Source: Lytechinus pictus (lineage: Eukaryota). From it: 64,000 nt of DNA. The notes beneath the pieces were generated by a model. It worked only from the letters and a program-made list of their open reading frames with translations, was not told where the DNA came from and searched no databases. Shown here piece after piece: positions 56,901-64,000 of this stretch (positions within the stretch are counted from its first letter, which is position 1; every line of letters starts with the position of its first letter). Location of the stretch: positions 6,388,001 to 6,452,000 of the forward strand of contig NC_087246.1 of assembly GCF_037042905.1 (NCBI RefSeq). Direction: 5' to 3'. The translations under genes were made by a program, and so were the position numbers.

Positions 56901-59900
56901 ATAAGACTCACCCTGAGAAGGTATCCCAAATGATGATCATACTATTCTCTCCTTTATCAGCCGTAGCTACCCATCTCTTATCTTGAGATGCACAGATACA
57001 GGTGATGTTGTTACACTGAAAGGAAAAGCAACCATTCATTCTTAAATAATATACCCAAATATCCCTGAATTGTCTAGTATTATTGAATGTTTTAATAGCT
57101 GAACTAATTAATTTCTATCTTCTCAACAGAGATTTTAGAAACGAGTCATCTTAAGTACAGAACAATGCCACTAGATTTTTTGCATTTCATCTGTTTTGAA
57201 AACATGTCTCGATATATGGAGATTGAAGAAAAACATCCACAATCCAAATTTAGTGAAAATCAATTCATGAAATCCAAAGATGTGGCCACATTAACTAGAA
57301 CTACTGATATTGTTGAACTTCCATCTTCAGTACTTTGGCTTGTTCCAAGCATTTACAAACCAGGCCAATTAACACTATTCTTGAAGGGGCTAATTAGGCA
57401 TTCATATCGCAATACTCTGGGCCACCATGAAATGATTCATGCCAAACATGGCATGTGAAGGTTTGTAATCAGGGGCTACGGCTACAAAAACTATTTCAAA
57501 AAATATATATCGCACTTTAGTATTCTACTCTGAACTGTAATAATAATCAATTATATTAATATTTTGACAAGCATATTGTGCCCTATTTTTCACCCCATTT
57601 ATGATGTAGTATAGACATGTGACAAATACAAAATTGGCCTAGTCCTTTAAATATCAAAGGTAAAGACTGGAGACAAATATTACTCACATGTCCTTGAAGT
57701 AGTTTCTGTGTATTCTTATCATAACTACAGAGAACTGCAGTATTGCCACAGACATAGATTACCATTTTCCTTTGCTGGTCAGTCAAGTTGATTGCTGGAA
57801 CATATTTATTTACCCCAAATGACCAGGTCATGTTCTAAGTATGGAAATAGAAAAGCACAGTGAAAGTTATGACGAGCAAAGGTTACAAGGTATATTGATG
57901 CAAATTCGAAGACAGAGAGACAAGCACAAATTAGTACAATCAAATGTTCATGGTAGTGGAGATTTCCTTTTTTAGCCATATCTGATGCTTTTATTACGAT
58001 GCATACACTGTACCCACGGGTCGTGTGGTCTAGTGGTTACTGCATTGGACTCAAAATCGCAAGGTTGTGAGTTTGAATCTCCACTCTGCCATTGTCTCGA
58101 CTTAAACATGTTAAATAAAAGTAATATCTGTCGTTGATAAGATCAGCCACTATGACTGATTAGACGTAAAATGTTTCCTTGGGAATAGGTTATATACCAG
58201 CTTAGCATTTACCAGCAAAAGCTATCCTGCCGAGTTTCTACGGGAGTTAACATAAACAGAAACAAACAAATACCTTTTCAGGGCATTTAACTCCACCCAT
58301 CTTTAGTCCAAAATCTGTGACAAAAGCATATTAATGTGTTTCCAAACAAGTTTACAATTTCAAAGAAGAAGTTTTTAGCCTCAAGGAGTAGTCAGAATAT
58401 GTAAAATGTTTTTAATTCAACCAAATGTTTACTGGAACCACTTAGTCCCTAAACAAAGTAAAAGGATATTGCAGAATACAAGCAGTCAAAAGGTTTGGAG
58501 AAAATATCTTACCAAAGCATTTGGAGTGACGTCCACGTTGAGATGATCTTGAGGAGCACTATTAGCTGATCTTGACCGAACTTCATTAGGAAGAGGTGGA
58601 CCGGCACTTGGTGGAATCGGAATTCCATTTGGCATGACCTGAGGTGCAGGAGATTCCATCAACTCTGGTTCCTGAGTGTCTTGCTCTTCACCTTCATCTT
58701 TGGGTGGCTCTCTGTCTTCTTGGGATTCTTCTGCTTCTCCTTCAATCTGAACATCATCAATACAATCATTTCATTTATTCATTGACTACTCACAACTGAA
58801 TTATCTAACAATTAAATAAATAATGTTCAGTAAGTTAAAATGTTGTTAGTTTAGTCTCCTTCTCATCTCCTATTCTATTTTATCAGATTCCTACTTCTTT
58901 TGAGTACAAATTGTTTTTCTATATCACCTTTACCTGTAATATGCAATGATCTGTTTGTAGTACATGTATATTGAAACTTTACTCTGTCCAAATTCATGTA
59001 ATACTGCCTTTGGCTTCAATTTGATTTTGTTATAATTATGAATACAATTGATCTATAATTATCTGCAATCCATTCAATTTGAAATTATTGCTTGTCTGAT
59101 TCATGTGAACAATCTTTTTGGCTCCACAAATGTGTTTTTATATTTTTGAAACAAAATTATGTTTATTGTTGACATCTTCAAGGCTTTTGCAATGGATATA
59201 CTCTTCTTTTTTTTAGTCATCATTTTAGGTTATGACAAAAGATGATTTACTCCGGATGCAGGGAGGTGGAGAATGTCCTTTAAATTCAATGGGGTGACAT
59301 TGCTGATATTCTTTAATTATCAAAATTTATAGTTAGATTTTTTTTCCACTCCTCCTTCGATGAGTAGATGAGGCAGCTCTCTTGCAAAAGCATTCCCACA
59401 GAGGTGTATTGAAAGATACTTACTGTTTCAGAAGCTTGTGCCTCTGCTAGAGGCATCGTCCCTCTTGCTCTCTGTGGAATCTCTTCTTCTTGTTCTTCTT
59501 CTGCTGGTGGAGGAGGCATCGCCCCTCTTGCTCTTTGAGGCACCTCCTCCTCTTCTTTTGCTTCTTCTGTTTCTTCTTGTTCTTCTTCAACAGGTGCTGG
59601 AGGCATTGCCCCTCTTGCTCTCTGTGGTACCTCCTCTTCTTTTTCTTCCTCTGTTTTTCCTTGTCCCTCTTCAGCAGGCGATGGAGGCATCGCCCCTCTT
59701 GCTCTCTGCTGCACAGGTTCCCCTTCCTCCTGTCCATCACCTAACTGTTCTTCAGTCACTGCTTCTTCTCTACCTTCAGCAGGTTTACTATCATCCTCCT
59801 GTGTCTCAGCAGGTGTTTCAGTTTCACCCTTCTCCCCTTCATCTGCTGGTGGAGCTCCATCATTTCCTGCATTATTATTGGTATTTTCTTCAGCTGGTTC

Positions 59901-60810
59901 TTGAGTTTCTTCTGTCTGTTGTATTACTTGGTCATCCCCTTCTCCTCCAGTCTCTGCACTGGGTTTAACGTCTTCTGTACCCTCCTGCTCATCTGCTGGA
60001 GTATCTGTTACAAAATAAAAAGGGGAAAAAATGGCTTTTGTTATGTTTAAAATTATCAGTTGGAAAATTTCATACTGATTAAGAAAAAGAAAACACAAAA
60101 CAAATGTTCAAATTGAAAATTAACTATAATGCAAATTGTGTTTCAAACAAAATACAGATATTTACTGTATTGATAGATTAATGCTAATATCTTTTAAACC
60201 TGTGTTACATTTTATATAGGAAGTTCTTATTCCATGTTTCATATCATGAAAGACATCTTATGCAAATTATGTGAACTAAAATCTGATATTCATAGGTAAA
60301 ATCCTTAACTGAAATGTCTACAATAAATAAATTATAATACTAGAATGGTACGATTTCATAGTAATTCACATAATTAAACCAAACTTGAAAGCACTTTTCT
60401 AACTCATAACATGTTGGATGAATTGCAGCTCTATCTCTAATCTCTAAGCTCTAATCTGGGGCTTATTGATGATAGAATCAGCTATTATTTGAATTATATC
60501 ATATACATCATATCAGTAAATCAGTGTTACTGTCAATAAAAAGAATTGAACCTTGGTAATACATGGTTATATTACATTTGCTCCGGTGACAATTGCTCCG
60601 CTGTAAAATCCACACACAATGGAATGACCAACTTCAACCCTAAATTTAACATTATACTCTATTCTTAACCTAACATAAAACCCTATTGCAACCCTAACCC
60701 TTACCCTATATTTTATACAAAATAAAGCCTGGAGCAATTAACGCCAGAGCAAATGTTGTGTCACCATTATACATACCTTCCGTAGGGGGCTGAGTTTCAG
60801 CTTCTGCCAT
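41680..60810 (-). CDS. CFAP251: Cilia- and flagella-associated protein 251 (WD repeat-containing protein 66); 24 coding exons, ~1185 aa
   Basis: Hand-spliced exons 60777-60810, 59424-60004, 58513-58746, 57688-57834, 56912-57015, 56341-56449, 55736-55894, 54929-55097, 54419-54509, 53682-53819, 52426-52555, 51880-51935, 50724-50783, 50371-50450, 48343-48482, 47639-47812, 47216-47359, 45887-45969, 45311-45452, 44684-44775, 44056-44184, 43601-43797, 42704-42844, 41680-41903 join into one open frame of 3558 nt with GT-AG introns and matching phases. Architecture: Glu-rich N-terminus, WD40 repeats ([35 protein letters not shown]), then a C-terminal EF-hand-like region ([46 protein letters not shown]). 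This matches WDR66/CFAP251 as I recall it; no database search was run. Confidence 0.93.
42357..42611. mobile_element. Intronic MITE with ~30-bp TIRs
   Basis: CTGCCCAACTTTGGCAAAAGGAAGCAAGTGACA / TGTGACTTGCTTCCTTTTGCCAAAGTACGGCAG. Confidence 0.78.
42704..42844 (-). CDS. CFAP251: CFAP251 coding exon 23 (YVNHRPAFG...LLQTK)
   Basis: gtag| acceptor; G|GTAAG donor. Confidence 0.92.
43078..43230 (+). mobile_element. SINE 3' body fragment (intron 22)
   Basis: CCCAGGTGAAGTAAATG..ATTCCTTAAAATGC..GGCTAAAGCCAAGGTAAT, same family as above. Confidence 0.5.
43601..43797 (-). CDS. CFAP251: CFAP251 coding exon 22, EF-hand-like (QGVDTMDTR...TFIK)
   Basis: ccag| acceptor; C|GTAAGT donor; calmodulin-like [16 protein letters not shown]. 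Confidence 0.93.
43938..44010. repeat. (CAT/CAC/CGT)n low-complexity tract in intron 21
   Basis: Direct reading. Confidence 0.8.
44056..44184 (-). CDS. CFAP251: CFAP251 coding exon 21 ([10 protein letters not shown]...YFYYAQIR)
   Basis: aacag| acceptor; AG|GTAAG donor. Confidence 0.92.
44684..44775 (-). CDS. CFAP251: CFAP251 coding exon 20 ([23 protein letters not shown])
   Basis: Classic WD40 blade; ccag| acceptor; AA|GTAAGT donor. Confidence 0.92.
45311..45452 (-). CDS. CFAP251: CFAP251 coding exon 19 (IAVLPS...[13 protein letters not shown])
   Basis: ccag| acceptor; GGG|GTTAGT donor. Confidence 0.92.
45887..45969 (-). CDS. CFAP251: CFAP251 coding exon 18 ([27 protein letters not shown])
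   Basis: tacag| acceptor; CA|GTAAGT donor. Confidence 0.92.
46595..47182. mobile_element. Intact TTAA-flanked Kolobok-like MITE in intron 17
   Basis: TTAA|AGGTCAAGTCCACCCCA...TGGGGTGGACTTGTCCT|TTAA with ~150-bp imperfect inverted arms. Confidence 0.9.
47216..47359 (-). CDS. CFAP251: CFAP251 coding exon 17 (VEYNLK...IEQSAVP..WYPP..ANNQ)
   Basis: 48 codons; ttag| acceptor; CAG|GTATC donor. Confidence 0.92.
47498..47584 (-). repeat. Degenerate duplicate of the 3' end and donor of exon 16
   Basis: Aligns to 47633-47718 at roughly 80% by eye, with one extra base. Confidence 0.9.
47639..47812 (-). CDS. CFAP251: CFAP251 coding exon 16 (DADYCVTVY...SLGEDRSL)
   Basis: 58 codons; ccag| acceptor; TTG|GTAGG donor. 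Confidence 0.92.
48343..48482 (-). CDS. CFAP251: CFAP251 coding exon 15 ([12 protein letters not shown]...WMATA)
   Basis: ttcag| acceptor; GCT|GTAAG donor; FSHDS.W.ATA WD40 motif. Confidence 0.92.
48656..48696. repeat. Short tandem repeat (GCATACCATCKA-like 12-mer x3)
   Basis: gcataccatcta gcataccatcga gcataccatcga gcat. Confidence 0.85.
50371..50450 (-). CDS. CFAP251: CFAP251 coding exon 14 (QVVASRKF...DPTGSFL)
   Basis: poly-T tcag| acceptor; G|GTGAGT donor. Confidence 0.9.
50724..50783 (-). CDS. CFAP251: CFAP251 coding exon 13 ([19 protein letters not shown])
   Basis: ccag| acceptor; AA|GTGAGT donor; WD40 end motif. Confidence 0.9.
51880..51935 (-). CDS. CFAP251: CFAP251 coding exon 12 ([18 protein letters not shown])
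   Basis: tag| acceptor; CA|GTAAGT donor; WD40 H..I..L..HP pattern. Confidence 0.88.
52339..52416 (-). repeat. Degenerate tandem duplicate of the 3' end and donor of exon 11
   Basis: Aligns to 52419-52486; encodes [13 protein letters not shown] versus [12 protein letters not shown]; donor GT mutated to GA. Confidence 0.88.
52426..52555 (-). CDS. CFAP251: CFAP251 coding exon 11 ([12 protein letters not shown]...GVQVK)
   Basis: caag| acceptor; AAG|GTAGG donor; phase 2/0 consistent. Confidence 0.87.
53682..53819 (-). CDS. CFAP251: CFAP251 coding exon 10 ([15 protein letters not shown]...)
   Basis: WD40-like; ttcag| acceptor; GA|GTAAGT donor. Confidence 0.92.
54419..54509 (-). CDS. CFAP251: CFAP251 coding exon 9 ([18 protein letters not shown]...TDR)
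   Basis: ttcag| acceptor; AG|GTCAGT donor; phase 1/2 consistent. Confidence 0.9.
54929..55097 (-). CDS. CFAP251: CFAP251 coding exon 8 (GGDKIEFF...RPTSG)
   Basis: Within ORF 54921..55115(-); aacag| acceptor; C|GTAAGT donor. Confidence 0.9.
55736..55894 (-). CDS. CFAP251: CFAP251 coding exon 7 (TLSIWDW...FYKW)
   Basis: 53 codons; tttag| acceptor; TGG|GTGAG donor. Confidence 0.92.
56341..56449 (-). CDS. CFAP251: CFAP251 coding exon 6 ([10 protein letters not shown]...AKKQ)
   Basis: Open frame; tag| acceptor; CAG|GTAGG donor; phases match neighbours. Confidence 0.9.
56912..57015 (-). CDS. CFAP251: CFAP251 coding exon 5 (CNNITC...IIIWDTFSG)
   Basis: WD40 signature; ttcag| acceptor; GG|GTGAGT donor. 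Confidence 0.92.
57688..57834 (-). CDS. CFAP251: CFAP251 coding exon 4 (NMTWSFG...LLQGH)
   Basis: 49 codons; ttag| acceptor; CAT|GTGAGT donor; start of WD40 region. Confidence 0.92.
58018..58270 (+). mobile_element. tRNA-derived SINE in intron 3
   Basis: A box TGGTCTAGTGG, degenerate B box GAGTTTGAATC, no closing acceptor stem, unrelated body and (AAAC)n tail. Confidence 0.72.
58513..58746 (-). CDS. CFAP251: CFAP251 coding exon 3 (IEGEAEES...VTPNAL)
   Basis: 78 open codons; tcag| acceptor; TTG|GTAAG donor; phase 0/0. Confidence 0.88.
59424..60004 (-). CDS. CFAP251: CFAP251 coding exon 2, acidic low-complexity N-terminus with internal repeats
   Basis: Core of ORF 59313..60098(-); acceptor taacag|, donor ACA|GTAAGT; Glu/Pro-rich with four QRARGxMP repeats. 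Confidence 0.88.
60565..60765. mobile_element. MITE-like inverted-repeat element with internal (TAACCC)-like tract, next to the exon 1 donor
   Basis: ACATTTGCTCCGG..AATTGCTCC / GGAGCAATT..GAGCAAATGT arms; AACCCTAACCCTTACCCT inside. Confidence 0.6.
60777..60810 (-). CDS. CFAP251: CFAP251 coding exon 1 ([11 protein letters not shown])
   Basis: GTC ATG G start context; donor G|GTATG; phase 1 joins exon 2 (G+AT = Asp). A pyrimidine tract and acceptor (ttttatctgacag) at 60854 imply a 5' UTR part 60811-60853 and an upstream non-coding exon. Confidence 0.78.
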
Positions 60811-61139
60811 GACAATCTTCTTTTTCTTAGATAATTTTGATTGGCGGTAATATCTGTCAGATAAAACAAAAAACCATTGATCTTCATATTAAGGTTCACT
60901 TTCTTTATTGGGGAATAAAATGTTAATACTAATAGCTAATTTTCTTGAATCAAACTATGTGCAAGGCTGCTTACAAAGCCCATGTATCGCGCTTGGGAGC
61001 TATGCATTCGTGGCTGCTTATAAAACTTTGGAGATTACATTGCCCATTTTGAATGAATTTTCTACATGTTCATCCAGATCGAGGCAAGAAAGCATCTTTT
61101 ATATTTTTGGGGAATTATGTAACATTTATTATAGTACAT

Positions 61140-61510
61140 GTAAAAGAAGATACACAATGACCGCGAACCTTAACCCTGCATTACATAGACAGATAATCAT
61201 TTAAAAGTCTTACCCAAAATGGTGGAAAAATATTGAATTTCACGCATTTCATGTGACGACTTAAAATTTCAGCCTTTCTCATCAAAATCCCCAAAATGTG
61301 TATAGTCAAGTTCAATCTCAAAATGACTGGCCAAGGTTTTTTCGAAGAAAATCATTTATTTTTGTTCAAATTTTCATGAGATTTTTGGCACACTTACTAA
61401 TAAGAATATAAGGAACATTATAAACTGAAATTTTTTTGTGAAATAAAAAGATATTAATGTTAAATCTTGATTTAAATAGTTAGGTGCACAGACATTGGCC
61501 CCCCTTCATA
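61140..61510 (+). repeat. Dispersed repeat, copy A (copy B at ~62700-63380)
   Basis: Shared blocks AAAAGAAGATAC, CAAAATGGTGGAAAA, CAGCCTTTCTCATCAAAAT, AAGGAACATTA, TTAGGTGC.CAGAC. Confidence 0.8.
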
Positions 61511-62699
61511 CTATCATCCCTGTACTGGTGTGTAGCCAACATTGTTCAGTGGAACCAATTGTACAAAGACTGAAGCTTTTTATAGTCTAGTCTACCTTTC
61601 TGGATATTGAATGCATGAACAGGAGAGAAATGATAGGACATTAATGAGACTCAAATAATGCTCAGTAAATTAAGAAATCTGTTGTTCAGTTTCAAGATTT
61701 TTAACTTTTTGGTGTGATTAGGATGGTATGTTCAAAACAATAATTTTTTTTTTTTAAAGCCACCCTAACCCCACCCACGGAAACATTCACCACGCACAGG
61801 AAAATCAAGGCACAGCGCATGCAACACTTCCATGGGATAATACGTAATGGGACTAACTAAAATTCATTAAATCAAATTAACATTTTCTTTGTCACTTAAT
61901 TAACGATGTGAATCCACTTTTCCCAAGTAGGCCTATTCACCAATTGGTGAATTTTTAAACATCCATTTTCTTCTCGTCGACGAACATGGAGGTCACTCGG
62001 GAATACAAATTTTTCGTCTAAAGAGGGCACGCGATTCATATTCATATAAATGACACTACAAGGGAAAGACTAGGCACTGAAACTTTTTTTACACGAAAAT
62101 CGATGCAAAGTATTTTGCGGAGTTGACGAAGTGTCCAATCTTTTCATTGTATAGACTTTGGTATACAGTTCGTTTCTTGTTTTGTTCAAGGCACGTAGAA
62201 TTTTTATATTTTCTTTTAATTTGTTGTCACTTAAAAATGATTTACAAAGAGGCGCTCATCAGCAATAATAACCTACAAGTATGTCTTTGAAGGTATTGCA
62301 TTTATTGGTGCCCATATTTTATTGAATAATCAAAATTGTGCGTAGACCTCTCTATGAATTTAGACAAACTTATAAAACTACCAATGAGCTGTAAACTTTA
62401 TAAGCACCACCATCAGAGGCCCTAGAAGCTCCGCTGACAAGGCCGAGGTAAGCGATTCTTCATTATTTTTCTGATTTTTATAGTTAAATTATTTTGTAAA
62501 ATCTGGATTATACTAAAATATAGCTACTCGTCGGGAAGAGTCCCAGTGAGTAGATATACTGAGTTTTGGCAAACATTACTTCTGTTTTGAAGCTGTGTTT
62601 ACCGACTGTGTAATCACATTCGTATTTTGAGGGAGGTATAGCTAACCTTGCACGATTGTGACCCAGCCCAGGCATGGGTCAGGAAATGAAAATAGAAAT

Positions 62700-63380
62700 A
62701 TAGACCTACATTTATGGCAAGTTCCCCCAAGTCTGCGCAGTCCCCCTTGTCTGCGCACATTCTAGTAAAAGAAGATACGCAACAAACACAAACTTTACAC
62801 ATGCAACACATAGATATTCATTTTAAAAATCTGACTCAAAATGGTGGAAAAATAATAAATTTTGGGCATTTCATGCAACAGCCTCAAAATGCAGCCTTTC
62901 TCATCAAAATACCTGAATCGTGTGCAAAGTGAATGGGTGCGCAGACATGGGGTACCATTTTTTTTTTTTCAATCTGAAAATGACTGCCCAAGGTTTTTTC
63001 CAAGAAAATTCTATATTTCTTTCAAATTTTTATGAGATATTTGGTACACCTACTCATAATGATATAAGGAACATTATTAACTGAAAGATTTTTGTGAAAT
63101 AAAAAGAAATTCATGTTAAATCTTAACTCAAATCGTTAGGTGCGCAGACTTGGCGACCACCTAGTCTTGAGGACTCCATGATGATGTCTTTTTTCAATCT
63201 TTTGACATATACTTCTTCATCCAATGATGAAGAAGTATATGTCAAAAGATTGAAAAAGAGACATCTGATGAAAAAGTATGTCAAAAGATTGAAAAAAGAC
63301 ATCTGATGAAGAGGTATATGTCAAAAGATTGAAAAAAGACATCACCATGGAGTCCTCAAGACTAGGGACCACCTTCATAT
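62700..63380 (+). repeat. Dispersed repeat, copy B, carrying a nested insertion
   Basis: Homologous to 61140-61510; inverted motif CCAAGTCTGCGCA/TGCGCAGACTTGG near its ends suggests a DNA-transposon derivative. Confidence 0.75.
63162..63364. mobile_element. TAG..CTA-ended foldback MITE with internal tandem repeats and 9-bp target duplication
   Basis: ~60-bp TIRs TAGTCTTGAGGACTCCATG../..CATGGAGTCCTCAAGACTA; flanks GCGACCACC/GGGACCACC; three tandem ~40-bp units GATGAAGAAGTATATGTCAAAAGATTGAAAAA..GACATC. Confidence 0.85.
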
Positions 63381-63819
63381 ATAACAAATGTCAACTTGTA
63401 TGACCACTTTCGGCCCTAAGTCTAACTCTAGTCTAAGTTACTAAGTTAGAGTAACACAACCCAAGTCTGACATGTGCCAAGATGTGACCACCACACTGAT
63501 TTTCACAAGCTAGCACATTTAATAAAAAACCAGGCAAAAATGAACAGAATAAAAATAAATTCTCACAAACCTACAAAGTTAAACTCAAACTTTCAAAGCC
63601 TTTGTCAAACTCAAACTTCAAAATCAAAGCCAAGGAACCCAAATTAAAAGCAAAAAGGCCAAAGGGCAAGGCCAAAATGATGACAATGCCAGTCATCAAA
63701 GTCCCGATTTCAACTAAAAAAACTGCTTTGAAAAGTCGAATTTTGCCCTAAAAAATGAGGAATCTGAAAAACGTGATTTGATTTGTCACAGAAATGAGGC
63801 ATTTGGCCAAAGACCCTGT

Positions 63820-63960
63820 GCTGTCACTGTCGGTGCGGTGTCTGTCGCTTCGCCCTTCGCGGACGCGGTTAGGACTAACAACGTTACACGGCTTGAAGCG
63901 TTTGGGACTGAACAGATTTCTAACGCAAATTGAGGTGAGCTAGATGTCCGAGAATTCCCA
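63820..63960. promoter_or_regulatory. CpG-rich patch, probably approaching the CFAP251 promoter or non-coding first exon
   Basis: GTCGGTGCGGTGTCTGTCGCTTCGCCCTTCGCGGACGCGG; contrasts with the CpG-poor gene body; coding exon 1 has an acceptor, so an upstream exon is needed. Confidence 0.3.
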
Positions 63961-64000
63961 AGCCAAAACTTTTTTATTTGTTATTACAAACGATAGAAGA

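Noticed and set aside
58018..58090. Possible tRNA gene
   Set aside because: Degenerate B box, no properly pairing acceptor stem, and it continues into a SINE-like body and (AAAC)n tail.
59438..59968. Plus-strand Leu-rich and Phe/Cys-rich ORFs, and an alternative-frame Lys/Arg-rich ORF
   Set aside because: Shadow frames of the GAA-rich CFAP251 exon 2.
63225..63345. CRISPR-like repeat array
   Set aside because: Units are head-to-tail with no unique spacers, lie inside a MITE, in eukaryotic DNA with no cas genes.

Overview
AT-rich, intron-rich animal genomic DNA, not prokaryotic. The repeat landscape suggests an invertebrate deuterostome such as a sea urchin, but that is inference. The right third holds one complete protein-coding gene on the minus strand: CFAP251/WDR66, a cilia/flagella WD40 and EF-hand-like protein. 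I assembled it by hand as 24 coding exons from ATG 60810 to TAA 41680 (3558 nt, about 1185 aa). All introns are GT-AG and the phases agree at every junction. The start exon has its own splice acceptor, so a non-coding first exon and promoter probably lie further right, perhaps beyond the window. Bases 1-38 kb have no recognisable coding exon. Across the window are many non-autonomous DNA transposons (MITEs with TA, TTAA, 2-bp, 8-bp and 9-bp target duplications, three nested in older repeats), tRNA-derived SINE fragments, long palindromes, microsatellites and candidate cis-regulatory clusters. I could not support a wholly new biological system. The best leads are: two degenerate duplications of exon 3' ends with their splice donors in CFAP251; a four-fold QRARG(A/T)MP repeat in the acidic N-terminus; an RFX X-box/forkhead cluster at 36.7-37.6 kb; twin long hairpins just 3' of the gene; and a CpG-rich, promoter-like patch in intron 14.
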